Source: an uncultured Acidobacteriota bacterium (lineage in GTDB: Bacteria > Acidobacteriota > Vicinamibacteria > Vicinamibacterales > UBA8438). From it: DNA of 64,000 bases. Both the position numbers and the translations under genes were made by a program. The DNA lies in the NCBI GenBank assembly GCA_913043225.1, contig CAJWLU010000002.1, positions 160,001 to 224,000 on the forward strand, given 5' to 3'. Shown in pieces: positions 50,130 through 59,845 of this stretch; the first letter of the stretch is position 1; each line of letters opens with the position of its first letter. The notes beneath the pieces were generated by a model. That model saw only the letters and a list, made by a program, of their open reading frames with translations, had not been told where the DNA came from and ran no database searches.

Positions 50130-50801
50130 TTGCTGGAAGTCTCCGGCCTCGCCAAGTCGTATCCGACCCCGCGGGGGGAGTTGGAGATTCTCAAGGACCT
50201 TACGTTCACGCTCGCGCCGGGTGAGGCGGCGTCCATCGTGGGACCTTCCGGCAGCGGGAAGAGTACACTGCTATACATCCTCGGGGCGCTTGAGCCGCCC
50301 ACCCGTGGAACCGTCACGCTTGACGGCGTTGACCCATTCACACTCGGGTCCACCGAGCTGGCCGTTTTCCGTAATCAGCGTGTCGGGTTTGTCTTCCAGG
50401 ATCACCTGCTTCTGCCGCAATGCTCGGTGCTCGAGAACGTCCTGGTACCGGTCCTGGTCGGCCCCGCCGACGAAGAGGCCCCCGAGCGGGCACGAACCCT
50501 GCTCGACCGGGTGGGACTGGTCGACCGGATGGACCATCGTCCGTCTGAACTATCGGGAGGGGAGCGCCAGCGCGTAGCGCTGGCCCGAGCTCTGATCCGC
50601 CAGCCACCGTTGCTGCTTTGTGACGAGCCGACCGGAAACCTCGACGGCGCGGCGGGCGATACGGTGGCCGCCATGCTGTTCGATCTGCATCAGCAGCAGG
50701 AGACCGTGCTGCTTGTCGTGACTCACAACACTGGGTTAGCAGCTCGTTGCCCGATTCGATTCGAGCTGCGCGGGCAATGTCTCGAACGCGCTGTCCAATG
50801 A
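50130..50801 (+). CDS. ABC transporter ATP-binding protein (LolD/MacB type)
   Basis: GPSGSGKST, GFVFQDH, LSGGERQRVA, DEPTGNLD; start uncertain (TTG 50130). Confidence 0.92.
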   Translation: MLEVSGLAKSYPTPRGELEILKDLTFTLAPGEAASIVGPSGSGKSTLLYILGALEPPTRGTVTLDGVDPFTLGSTELAVFRNQRVGFVFQDHLLLPQCSVLENVLVPVLVGPADEEAPERARTLLDRVGLVDRMDHRPSELSGGERQRVALARALIRQPPLLLCDEPTGNLDGAAGDTVAAMLFDLHQQQETVLLVVTHNTGLAARCPIRFELRGQCLERAVQ

Positions 50802-53800
50802 CCTTCTGGACCGTCCTTCGGAGGAGCCTGGCCCATTTTTGGCGCACCAACCTGGCCGTGGTCGCCGGGGTGGCGGTAGCCGTTTCCGTGCTGTCCGGTG
50901 CGTTTCTCGTGGGCAGCTCGGTTCGTGCGAGCCTGCGCGACTTGGCGTTGGAGCGGCTGGGGCGGGTCGACCATGTCGTCACCTCCGGGTTGTTCTTCCG
51001 CGACGAGTTGGCCGCCGAACTGGTTTCTTCGGGCGCGCTCGGGGAGGCCGCGTCGGAGGCAGTCCCGCTGATCGCCATCGAAGGACACACCACCCACCAG
51101 GAGAGCGGCAGTCGCGCCGGCGGTATCCAGGTCTACGGGGTGGATGCCAGGTTCTGGGAGTTCCACGGTCTCGAGCCGGGCGACCGAGTGCCCGAGGCTG
51201 GTGAGGTGCTGGTGTCAGAGGGCCTAGCCCGCGAGCTGGGGCTGTCGACTGACGAGACCCTACTGGTGCGGGTGCAGAAGCCCTCTTCGATCCCGGTCAG
51301 CTCACTGCACGGACGTCGCGATGATCTTGGGCAGACGATGCGCCTCCGGGTGCAGGCTGTGCTCGGACCCGATGAGCTTGGCGCCTTTTCGTTCCGACCG
51401 CAGCAGGGCGTGGCGCGCGCTGTGTTCGTACAGCTGGGACGGATGCAGCGCGAACTCGAGCTCGAGGCGCAAGCCAACACGCTGTTGCTCGGTGGGAGCT
51501 TAACGAAGGACGCCCCGGCCTCGGTCGAGGTCATCGAAACAGCGCTCCGGGCCACGACTCGGCTGGGAGATTTAGGGCTGCGGGTGCGCGAGCTCGATCC
51601 ACAGGGTGTGCTCGTCGTCGAGTCTGTCGCGGGGCTGCTGGACGACGATACGGTGGCGGCGGCCCGAGCCGCAGCGCTCGACGCCGGAATGCCTGACCAG
51701 TCGGTGCTGACCTATCTGGCTAACGAGATCCGGATGGGAGAGCGCGTGACGCCCTACTCGCTCGTCACCGGATTGGATCTCGCCCTGCTCGGGGTGTCGC
51801 CCCCGGCAGGCGGGGCTGTGCCACCGATCGTGCTCAACGACTGGACGGCCGAGGACTTGGACGCCGCCGTCGGCGACCGGATCGAGGTGGAGTACTTCCT
51901 ATGGGAGGACGCGGGCGCACTCCTCACCGAGGTGGCCGAGTTCGAAGTGGCCGCCGTCATCCCGATCGCAGGATTGGCCGCCGACCAGGACTTCGCCCCC
52001 GACTATCCAGGTATCACCGAGGCGACCGACGTTTCTGACTGGGACCCGCCCTTCCCGATCGACCTCGAACTCGTTCGTGACAAGGACGAGGATTACTGGG
52101 ACGAGTATCGTACCGTGGCCAAGGGCTTCGTGAGCTTGGAAGCAAGCCAGGCGTTGTGGGAGTCGCGGTGGGGTCGCGTTACTTCACTGCGGGTCGCGCC
52201 GCCGGCTGGTCTCGGTGCCTCGGCGACGCAGGCGTTTCGTGAGTCGTTCCGGAGCGCCCTCGACCCCCTGACTGCCGGGTTCGTCGTCTACCCGGCCAGG
52301 AGTCTGGCCCTCGAGGCGTCGGTCGGTGTCACCGACTTCGGCGAGTACTTCACCTACTTCAGCTTCTTCCTGGTGGTCTCAGCGCTGCTGTTGGCCAGCC
52401 TCTTCTTCCGGCTGGGGGTCGAACAGCGGTTGCGTGAGGTCGGAGCGCTGCAGGCGCTTGGGTTCGATCGGCGCGGTGTCCGGCGTCTGTTCTTGGGCGA
52501 AGCCGCGATCCTTTCTTTCGCCGGGAGTGTGCTCGGGATGGCCGGGGCTGTGGCCTATGCCGACGTCATCATGTGGGGCCTGCGCACGTGGTGGGTGGAT
52601 GCGGTTGGCACGACCCGGCTGATCCTGCACGTGTCGCTTTTCTCGCTGGGCGCCGGGCTGGCCGGGGGAATGCTGGCCGCCGTGGGGTCCATCGCCTGGA
52701 CACTGCGGTCGGTCGAGGCGGCGAGCCCGCGTGCCTTGATCAGCGGCTCACTGCCAGATTCGTCCAGCGCCGAGGGCGGGCCGTCCGTGCTCGTTCGGTG
52801 GGCCCCGGCGCTCCTGGCGTTACTTGGGCTGACGGCGCTCGGGGCGACATTGGCCGGCCTCATCGACGACACGGCCGGGTTCTTCAGCGCCGGTCTGTTG
52901 CTGCTGGCTGCGATGTTGACCCTATCCTGGGTGCTCCTGGCCGTGCAGGAGGGCCGCGCCGAGGCGCTTGCTCCCGGATGGTCAGTGGCACGGATCGGGG
53001 TCCGCAACACCACAGCTCGGCCCGGCCGGTCCGTGCTCTGCATCACGCTGATCGCCTTCGCCGCCTTTATCATCGTGGCCGTGGATGCGTTCCGGCGCGA
53101 CGGCTCGGCAGGCACCACCGACCCGAAGTCGGGTACCGGAGGCTACCCGTTGCTGGCCGACGCCCTGCTGCCGCTGGTGCATGACCTGTCTAGCGAGGAG
53201 GGCCGTACGGAACTTGGGATCTCAACCTTCGACGATGAGATCTTCGGGTCGGCGACTTTCGCACGTTTTCGGGTCCGACCTGGCGAAGATGCCAGTTGCT
53301 TGAACCTCTATCAGGCCAAGAACCCGAAGCTCCTGGCACCCGACCCGGCCTTCGTGGCCGAGGGGCGGTTCGGGTTCGGTGCCTCGCTGGCTGAGACTCC
53401 TGCGGAGGAAGCTAATCCTTGGCTGCTGCTGCGGCGCGAGTTCCCTGACGGCGCCATTCCCGCCATCGCCGACGCGACGTCGCTGGCCTACGCGCTTCAT
53501 CTGTCGGTTGGCGACGATTTCGTGCTGAATCGAGACAGCGACAACCCGATCACGTTGCGGATCGTCGCCGCACTGACCGACAGCATCTTCCAAGGAGAGT
53601 TGCTGATTGGCGAGACCGCGTTCCTCCGAGAGTTCCCAGAGTACGACGGTTATCGGTTCTTCTTGGTCAACAGTCCTGCGGAGCAGATCGGCGAGGTGAC
53701 CGCCGCGCTTGAGGATCGGCTTTCGGACTACGGCTTCGATATCACGTCGGCGTCCGAGCGGCTCGCCGCGTTCCACCGGGTGGAGAACACCTATCTGGCC

Positions 53801-54169
53801 ACCTTTCAGACGCTGGGAGCGCTCGGTCTGCTACTGGGGACCCTGGGGCTCGGCGCGGTGCTTCTCCGCAATGTGCTGGAGAGACGAAAGGAGCTCGCGC
53901 TGCTGCGGGCGGTAGGCTACGACCCCAGCGCGGTGTCGCGCATGGTCCTGGTGGAGAACGGCCTACTGCTGTTCGGCGGGCTGGGAACTGGGACCGTCTG
54001 TGCGGTTATCGCCATCGCGCCAGCCTTCCTCGAGCGGGGCGGCGGTTTTCCCTTTGCCTCTCTCGGTGGACTGCTGCTTGCCGTGGCGCTGGCTGGTCTG
54101 CTGTCCTCGCTCGTCGCCACCGTCGTGGCCGTGCGTTCGCCGTTGCTGGCCGCGCTTCGATCCGAGTAG
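50798..54169 (+). CDS. Large FtsX-like ABC transporter permease (duplicated)
   Basis: ATG overlaps the ATPase stop; two FtsX repeats (EQRLREVGALQALG; ERRKELALLRAVG) with large periplasmic loops. Confidence 0.88.
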   Translation: MTFWTVLRRSLAHFWRTNLAVVAGVAVAVSVLSGAFLVGSSVRASLRDLALERLGRVDHVVTSGLFFRDELAAELVSSGALGEAASEAVPLIAIEGHTTHQESGSRAGGIQVYGVDARFWEFHGLEPGDRVPEAGEVLVSEGLARELGLSTDETLLVRVQKPSSIPVSSLHGRRDDLGQTMRLRVQAVLGPDELGAFSFRPQQGVARAVFVQLGRMQRELELEAQANTLLLGGSLTKDAPASVEVIETALRATTRLGDLGLRVRELDPQGVLVVESVAGLLDDDTVAAARAAALDAGMPDQSVLTYLANEIRMGERVTPYSLVTGLDLALLGVSPPAGGAVPPIVLNDWTAEDLDAAVGDRIEVEYFLWEDAGALLTEVAEFEVAAVIPIAGLAADQDFAPDYPGITEATDVSDWDPPFPIDLELVRDKDEDYWDEYRTVAKGFVSLEASQALWESRWGRVTSLRVAPPAGLGASATQAFRESFRSALDPLTAGFVVYPARSLALEASVGVTDFGEYFTYFSFFLVVSALLLASLFFRLGVEQRLREVGALQALGFDRRGVRRLFLGEAAILSFAGSVLGMAGAVAYADVIMWGLRTWWVDAVGTTRLILHVSLFSLGAGLAGGMLAAVGSIAWTLRSVEAASPRALISGSLPDSSSAEGGPSVLVRWAPALLALLGLTALGATLAGLIDDTAGFFSAGLLLLAAMLTLSWVLLAVQEGRAEALAPGWSVARIGVRNTTARPGRSVLCITLIAFAAFIIVAVDAFRRDGSAGTTDPKSGTGGYPLLADALLPLVHDLSSEEGRTELGISTFDDEIFGSATFARFRVRPGEDASCLNLYQAKNPKLLAPDPAFVAEGRFGFGASLAETPAEEANPWLLLRREFPDGAIPAIADATSLAYALHLSVGDDFVLNRDSDNPITLRIVAALTDSIFQGELLIGETAFLREFPEYDGYRFFLVNSPAEQIGEVTAALEDRLSDYGFDITSASERLAAFHRVENTYLATFQTLGALGLLLGTLGLGAVLLRNVLERRKELALLRAVGYDPSAVSRMVLVENGLLLFGGLGTGTVCAVIAIAPAFLERGGGFPFASLGGLLLAVALAGLLSSLVATVVAVRSPLLAALRSE

Positions 54170-54279
54170 CGCCGTGACCCTTGCCCTCAGGTCGAACGCT
54201 CCATCGAAAAGATCAAACGGATGATTCGCGAAGATCCGCGGATGCTGCCTAGGCGCCCAGAGCCTCCAGTGAAGACTCC

Positions 54280-56352
54280 ATGACGGTGTTAGACGCCAGA
54301 GCGGCTGAGGTGCCCCGCGCCCGGGTCGACCCGACCGGCTTCAAGCATCACGGCGTGACCCGGGTCGACGACTACTACTGGTTGCGGGAACGGGGCAGTG
54401 CCGAGGTCACGGGCTACCTGGAGGCGGAGAACAGTTACACCGAAGAGGTCATGGCGCCGACTGGTGACTTGCAGGAGACGCTCTTTGAAGAGATCAAAGG
54501 GCGGATCAAGCAGACCGACATGTCGGTGCCCTATCGACAGGGAGACTACACCTACTTCACCCGTTACGAGAATGGTCGCGAGTATCCGATCCACTGTCGG
54601 CGACCGTTGACTGCCGCCAATGACACCGGGGTGGACCAGGTCCTCGTCGACGTCAACGTCGTGGCCGAGGGGCATGACTTCTGCCAGGTGGCTGGGCTGG
54701 TGGTCAGTCCGGACCAGCGGCGGCTCGCCTATTCCACCGACCTCGAAGGACGTCGCGTCTACACCGTTCGTATCAAGGACCTGGAGACCGGCGAGCTGCT
54801 CGCGGACACACTCGAGAATGTCACGCCCAACGTGACCTGGGCGGCTGATAGCCAGACCCTCTTTTACACGCGGCAGGATCCGACGACGCTTCGCTGGCAT
54901 CAGATCTACCGCCACCGGCTCGGGACGCCACAGGAGGAAGACGTCCTCGTCTATCAGGAAGACGACGACACCTTCAACTGTGAGGTGGGCAAGACCCGTT
55001 CGAAGCAGTTCTTGCTGATCGCGTCGTCACAGACGGTGTCGACCGAGTATCGCTACCTCAACGCTGATACGCCCGACGGCGAGTTTCAGCTCTTCCTTGG
55101 GCGCGAGCGCGATCACGAATATCACCTTGACCATTTCCAGGGCCGTTTCTTCATCCGGACCAACCGCGAGGCACAGAACTTCAAGCTGATGGAGACGGCC
55201 GAGCAGGAGTTGTCCGAGGAGCGTTGGTCGGTGCTGGTGCCCCACAGCGACGATGTGTTACTCGGTGCGTTCGAGCTGTTCGACGACTATCTCGTGCTTC
55301 AGGAGCGACGCGAAGGATTGGTACATCTGCATGTGCGTCCCTGGGCAGGGGATGGGGCGCACCACGTCGCCTTTGACGAGCCGGTCTTCGACAGCTACAT
55401 CGGCGTCAACCGAGAGCCGGACACGCAGGTTTTGCGTTTTGGCTACGAGTCGCTGACCACGCCGTCCTCCACCTACGACTACGACATGGCGAGCCGTAAC
55501 CGGATCCTGTTGAAGCGGGAGGAGGTGCTGGGCGGCTTCGACCCCGAGCAGTACGAAGCAGAGCGGCTGTTCGCCACTGCTGCCGACGGCGAGCGGGTGC
55601 CGATCTCTCTGGTGGCTGGGAAGGGTACGCCTCGAGACGGGTCGGCGCCGCTGCTGCTTTATGGCTACGGTGCCTACGGCATCTCCATGGATCCGGCTTT
55701 CAACTCTGCGCGGTTGAGCCTGCTCGACCGGGGGTTCATCTATGCCATTGCCCACATCCGTGGCGGGCAGGAGCTCGGGCGGCGGTGGTACGACGCCGGC
55801 CGTTTGGGACAGAAGCAGAACACGTTCTCTGACTTCATCGCCTGCGCCGAGTTCCTGGTTCGCGAACGGCGCACGGGCGCAGGCCAACTGTTCGCCATGG
55901 GAGGAAGCGCGGGTGGATTGCTGCTGGGGGCCGTTGTGAATCAGCGGCCAGACCTGTTTGCTGGCGCGGTCGCTCAGGTCCCCTTCGTCGACGTGGTCAC
56001 GACGATGCTCGACGAGACGATCCCCTTGACCACAGGCGAATACGATGAGTGGGGTAACCCGAGCGAGCGGCAGGCGTTCGAGGACATCCTGGCCTATTCG
56101 CCCTATGACAACGTCACCGCACAGGATTATCCCGCGCTCCTGGTTCTGGCGGGCCTACACGACTCGCAAGTACAGTACTGGGAGCCGGCCAAGTGGGTGG
56201 CTAAGCTCCGCGCGTTCAAGACCGACAATCGGCCCCTGTTGTTGAAGACCAACATGGACGCCGGTCACGGTGGAGTGTCCGGGCGCTACCGTCGCTACCG
56301 TGAAGTGGCTCTCCAGTACGCCTTTCTGCTGGCCGAGGCCGATCTCGTCTGA
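54280..56352 (+). CDS. ptrB: Oligopeptidase B (S9A)
   Basis: DDYYWLR, GGSAGG catalytic Ser, EYDEWGNP, HDSQVQYWEPAKW, AGHGG. Confidence 0.93.
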   Translation: MTVLDARAAEVPRARVDPTGFKHHGVTRVDDYYWLRERGSAEVTGYLEAENSYTEEVMAPTGDLQETLFEEIKGRIKQTDMSVPYRQGDYTYFTRYENGREYPIHCRRPLTAANDTGVDQVLVDVNVVAEGHDFCQVAGLVVSPDQRRLAYSTDLEGRRVYTVRIKDLETGELLADTLENVTPNVTWAADSQTLFYTRQDPTTLRWHQIYRHRLGTPQEEDVLVYQEDDDTFNCEVGKTRSKQFLLIASSQTVSTEYRYLNADTPDGEFQLFLGRERDHEYHLDHFQGRFFIRTNREAQNFKLMETAEQELSEERWSVLVPHSDDVLLGAFELFDDYLVLQERREGLVHLHVRPWAGDGAHHVAFDEPVFDSYIGVNREPDTQVLRFGYESLTTPSSTYDYDMASRNRILLKREEVLGGFDPEQYEAERLFATAADGERVPISLVAGKGTPRDGSAPLLLYGYGAYGISMDPAFNSARLSLLDRGFIYAIAHIRGGQELGRRWYDAGRLGQKQNTFSDFIACAEFLVRERRTGAGQLFAMGGSAGGLLLGAVVNQRPDLFAGAVAQVPFVDVVTTMLDETIPLTTGEYDEWGNPSERQAFEDILAYSPYDNVTAQDYPALLVLAGLHDSQVQYWEPAKWVAKLRAFKTDNRPLLLKTNMDAGHGGVSGRYRRYREVALQYAFLLAEADLV

Positions 56353-56356
56353 TTTC

Positions 56357-56657
56357 CTAGACCCGCGGGATCGGATTTTGTCCTAAAGCATGGTCCATCA
56401 GTTGCGAGCCGATGCTCTGACCGCGTCGGTTGTCCCCGATCCAGACGAAGTCGATGAACTGATTGTCGAGGGCCGGTCATGTGCGGCCACACGCGCGCGA
56501 CGTAATCGTCGACGTCGGTGCCTTCAATCCAGGAGTGCGTCTTCTCGCGCATTATGAAGTCGGCGTAGGTGGTGACAAGCGAGCGCCTGCAGAGGCCGAT
56601 GATGGCCGGCTGGTCGGCCGCCGTAGCCGGGCGAAACTCAAGACACGGCTGAGTCAA
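56357..56657 (-). pseudogene. GNAT acetyltransferase remnant (frameshifted, truncated)
   Basis: FRPATAADQPAI..TYADFI in one frame; IDFVWIGDNRRGQSIGSQLMDHA (motif A-like) in another frame after ~56470; early TAG. Confidence 0.65.
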
Positions 56658-56737
56658 GTGGCCATCGGGGCGGCGCGGAGCACGCCCGCGAAACGCTGGT
56701 GTTCGTCCACACGCCGGCCGGATATCAGACGTGGGTG

Positions 56738-57010
56738 CTATTGCTGCTCGCCGGGGTCGGCGTCGTCCTTGATGGCGAGTTCGCCCCGCTCCACGCGGGC
56801 CAGCAGGTCGCGGGCCCGCTCCGCCTTGTCGACCGGGACCAGGACCTCGGCGGCGCCGATGCCGTCGATCGAGATGGCGTGGGTCACCCGCAGCGACTCT
56901 CCGCGCAACTGGCACGGAATGTCGTAGGCTTCGAGGAATGACTTTAGCTGGGCCTCCACATACGGCCCCTGCACGGTGGAGATGACGATGTATCCGTCCT
57001 GCTCGATCAT
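56738..57010 (-). CDS. DUF2007-like putative signal-transducing protein
   Basis: EAQLKSFLEAYDIPC..GE, EVLVP..AERARDLL; ATGA overlap with the upstream gene. Confidence 0.75.
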   Translation of the reverse strand: MIEQDGYIVISTVQGPYVEAQLKSFLEAYDIPCQLRGESLRVTHAISIDGIGAAEVLVPVDKAERARDLLARVERGELAIKDDADPGEQQ

Positions 57011-57444
57011 CCAGCCTCTCCGCCCGAGTCTCCCTGCTGGACGATGTTCAGCTGGAGCATGAGTCCTAGCAGGTCCGCTTGCTCCCACCGTTCAACGATC
57101 TTCCCGTCGCGTAGGCGCAGGAACAACATGGAGGTCAGGGCGATCGGGTTTCCGGTGGGCTGGGCGCCCATGAGGGCCCCCTGGCTCGTTCCGCTGAAAG
57201 TGGCGCGGACCGCCACCAGATCCCGTTCTGCCACCATCTCGTGCATGTCGACCCTCAAGTCTGGAAATGCGTTGCGGAACACCGTATACATCGCCCGGGC
57301 CCCGTCAGGGCCAGGGGGCTGGCCCGTCAGGGCGCCGTGGTCCACGTAGTCGTCGCCGATCAGCTCATCAATGGTTTCGTCCCGGCCCTCGTTGAACACC
57401 TCGTCGAGTAACCGTCTGGCCAGTGCTTTGTGCTGATCGGACAT
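57007..57444 (-). CDS. SnoaL-like ester cyclase
   Basis: AFPDL, VAERDLVAVR, FSGT..G..PTG, DGKIVERW, LMLQL. Confidence 0.88.
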   Translation of the reverse strand: MSDQHKALARRLLDEVFNEGRDETIDELIGDDYVDHGALTGQPPGPDGARAMYTVFRNAFPDLRVDMHEMVAERDLVAVRATFSGTSQGALMGAQPTGNPIALTSMLFLRLRDGKIVERWEQADLLGLMLQLNIVQQGDSGGEAG

Positions 57445-57466
57445 GGCGGTTGTCGGTGTTGTGGGT

Positions 57467-57883
57467 CTACTTCATCGGCGAGTAGTCGGTGGCGTCCATG
57501 AAGACGCTCTCGACCTGGACGCGCCCCACCCCGGATGCCTGCGCGATACCTGGCCAGTCTGGGTCCTCTCGGAACGCGCCCCAGTTCTCGCGGGCTGCGT
57601 CGCGGCTGTCGTGGGCGATGATGTAGATCAGGGTGTTAGGAGTGTCCTGCGGCACCCAGTAACCCACGTTCTCCATGTTGTGGCGCTCGAAGATCCCCAT
57701 GGTGTGGTCGCGGAACCGGGCATTTAGGTTCGGGAGCTTGCCGTCGTCTGTAGCGTAGGTCCGGAGCTCGAACACCTTATTACCCTGGGCCGAGACACCA
57801 TCGGTTGTCCAGAGATTACCGGCCATGAAGCCGAGCACGAAGACTGCGATGCCGCACGCCGTGAGTACGTTTCGATTCGTCAT
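57467..57883 (-). CDS. NIPSNAP family protein with N-terminal signal/TM segment
   Basis: FELRTY, RFRDHT, VGYW, W.AFREDPDW, TDYSP. Confidence 0.85.
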   Translation of the reverse strand: MTNRNVLTACGIAVFVLGFMAGNLWTTDGVSAQGNKVFELRTYATDDGKLPNLNARFRDHTMGIFERHNMENVGYWVPQDTPNTLIYIIAHDSRDAARENWGAFREDPDWPGIAQASGVGRVQVESVFMDATDYSPMK

Positions 57884-58317
57884 GTTGTCTTCTCCTGTTC
57901 CGACGGTTTTATTCCGCGACTGAGGAGCGCGACTGCTTGGTTGAACACCAGGCTGACGCCTCGCCCGTCAAGCAGTCGAGCCGCGACCTCAGGTGACGTC
58001 CACTGCCGTTGTCTGACCATTTGTTCGTCCCACTCGTCGTCGACCTGCTCCGCTGTAAGCAGATATACGGCGACGGTGTCGGTGCCTCCGTACTTGGTGA
58101 TGTCATAGTAGCCGACCGGGTCGCCAACCACACGGCCATGCACGCCAGCCTCCTCCTCCGCCTCGCGGCCTGCCGTCTCGTGCGGACTGTCTCACGGGTC
58201 GATGAAACCCTTTGGGATCGACCATTTCCCAGAGCTGATTGTGGTGATCAGACAGACCTCAAGGCCGCCCCTGCTGAGTCGGTAGGGGACGGCGGCGGCT
58301 TGCTGCACATCCGGCAT
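57880..58317 (-). pseudogene. NUDIX hydrolase interrupted by an in-frame TGA
   Basis: WSIPKGFIDP*DSPHETAGREAEEEAGV: the Nudix box is continuous across TGA 58194-58192, at a position where Gly is typical. Confidence 0.8.
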
Positions 58318-58730
58318 CACCGGTCGGGCAATTGTCTGGCCAGCCAGAGGGTGGCGAGCCCCAGCGGGATAACGAGCGGACCCTCGAACAGGGTCCAGGA
58401 CATCGGGAGGCCCTCGTAGGTGTCGATGCCCAGCAGCGCGACTCCGAAGAGGGCCTGCGCCCATCCCAGGTAGATGAGTACCTCTCGGTGGCGGGTGAGG
58501 TCGAAGGACACCACCCACATCAGTCCCCCCAGCATCGCGTAGAAGGCCGAGGTCGAACGGGCCAGATAGCCGACGATCGGGTCTCGAGGTAGCTCGCCGA
58601 GTCCCAGCCACGCATGGATGCTGACCATCCACGACTCGGGTGCGACGATGAAAATCAGGGCGAAGAGCTCGATGGTACCGGCCACCCGCAGTAACCACCG
58701 GAAGATGCGGTCGCGGGCGTCTTGACGCAT
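58317..58730 (-). CDS. Hypothetical 4-TM membrane protein
   Basis: Hydrophobic segments; YLARSTSAFY; stop overlaps the NUDIX start. Confidence 0.7.
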   Translation of the reverse strand: MRQDARDRIFRWLLRVAGTIELFALIFIVAPESWMVSIHAWLGLGELPRDPIVGYLARSTSAFYAMLGGLMWVVSFDLTRHREVLIYLGWAQALFGVALLGIDTYEGLPMSWTLFEGPLVIPLGLATLWLARQLPDR

Positions 58731-58763
58731 CTTCGACTGCTTCGCGCTACGGTCGAGCAGAGC

Positions 58764-59222
58764 CTACTGCCGGCTGCGAGGCTGATGAGTGCCGAAGACC
58801 TCCAGCTCACCGTCTTCGGTGAACGAGTAGCTCGAGTACTGTCGCCCGCCGGAAATTCCTTCCATGCCCGGCGAGCCGATCGGCATACCCGGTACCGCGA
58901 TGCCCTTGACGTCAGGCCGTTCGGTCAGCAGTTTCTTGATGTCCTCTGCGGGGACGTGACCTTCGACCACGTAGCCATCGACGATCGCGGTGTGGCACGA
59001 CCCGAGCCGTGGCGGCACGCCCTCTTCGATCTTCTTGGGCGTCACGTCAGGCATGTCCGTGGTTGTCACCTTGAATCCGGCGTCTTTGAGATGATTGACC
59101 CATCCCATGCAACAGCCTCAAGTCGGGGCCTTGAAGACCTCCACTACCGGTTCCTGGCTGCGAACGGTCAGGGAGCCGATGCCGACCAGGGCGGCGAACA
59201 GCGCGATCTGAAGCTTACGCAT
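58764..59222 (-). CDS. DUF411 (CopG-type metal-binding) exported protein, probable selenoprotein (PT-U-GCC)
   Basis: ATG 59222 with GGAGG RBS, signal peptide, KAPT-TGA-GCC..WVNHL, SCHT, EGHVP, AVPGMPIGSPGME. Confidence 0.8.
59087..59107 (-). other. Candidate bacterial SECIS hairpin
   Basis: 10 nt after the UGA: UGGGAUG-GGUCAAU-CAUCUCA, a 7-bp stem with a loop starting GGUC. Confidence 0.6.
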
Positions 59223-59274
59223 GACGTGTGATCCTCCGCGTGAACCTGCGCCCCTGAGGGCGTCGGACTTCAGG

Positions 59275-59844
59275 CTACTCTGTGGCCGCGTCTTCCGCAA
59301 CCCATCGTAGCGCCGGCAGGCCATCGACGCTGGTGGCGTTGTTCTCCTGCTGATAGCGACGGAGCCCGCTTTCGCCTTTGCGAGTGGTCCAGTCGTCGAG
59401 CTGGGGTCGGTCGGTCGTGAACGTGTACTCAGGCACGCCGTAGCCGCAGGAACCGGTGATCCGGTCGACGTCCACGACAATGATAGCTCGACCGGCCGTG
59501 CCGGGATCGAAGCGGGCGCGTGCTCTGGGCCAGTGCTCGTCCTGGGGCTCCAGGACCTGACCTCGTCCGTGGAGTCTCACGATGTTGGGAGGGCCCTCGA
59601 AGGCGCAGAACATCACGACGATGCGTCCGTTCTCTCGCAGGTGCGCAATGGTCTCAGTGCCGCTCCCCACCTGGTCGAGGTAGGAGGCCTGGGTTGGACC
59701 AATCACTCGGAAGCTGTCGAGCCCCTTCGGAGATAGGTTGACGTGGCCGTCGGCTGAGAGCGGCGCCGTCGCGACAAAGAACAGGTGCTGTCGCTCGATA
59801 AACTGACGAAGCTGCGTGTCGAGTGTGTCGTAGTGCTTGCCCAT
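59275..59844 (-). CDS. Pyridoxamine 5'-phosphate oxidase family protein
   Basis: FFVATAP, NLSPKG, GSGTETIAHLRENGR, CAFEGPP, SCGYGVP. Confidence 0.9.
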   Translation of the reverse strand: MGKHYDTLDTQLRQFIERQHLFFVATAPLSADGHVNLSPKGLDSFRVIGPTQASYLDQVGSGTETIAHLRENGRIVVMFCAFEGPPNIVRLHGRGQVLEPQDEHWPRARARFDPGTAGRAIIVVDVDRITGSCGYGVPEYTFTTDRPQLDDWTTRKGESGLRRYQQENNATSVDGLPALRWVAEDAATE

Positions 59845-59845
59845 G

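Noticed and set aside
58192..58194. Selenocysteine in the NUDIX gene
   Set aside because: The position corresponds to Gly rather than Cys, and no SECIS-like hairpin at suitable spacing is evident
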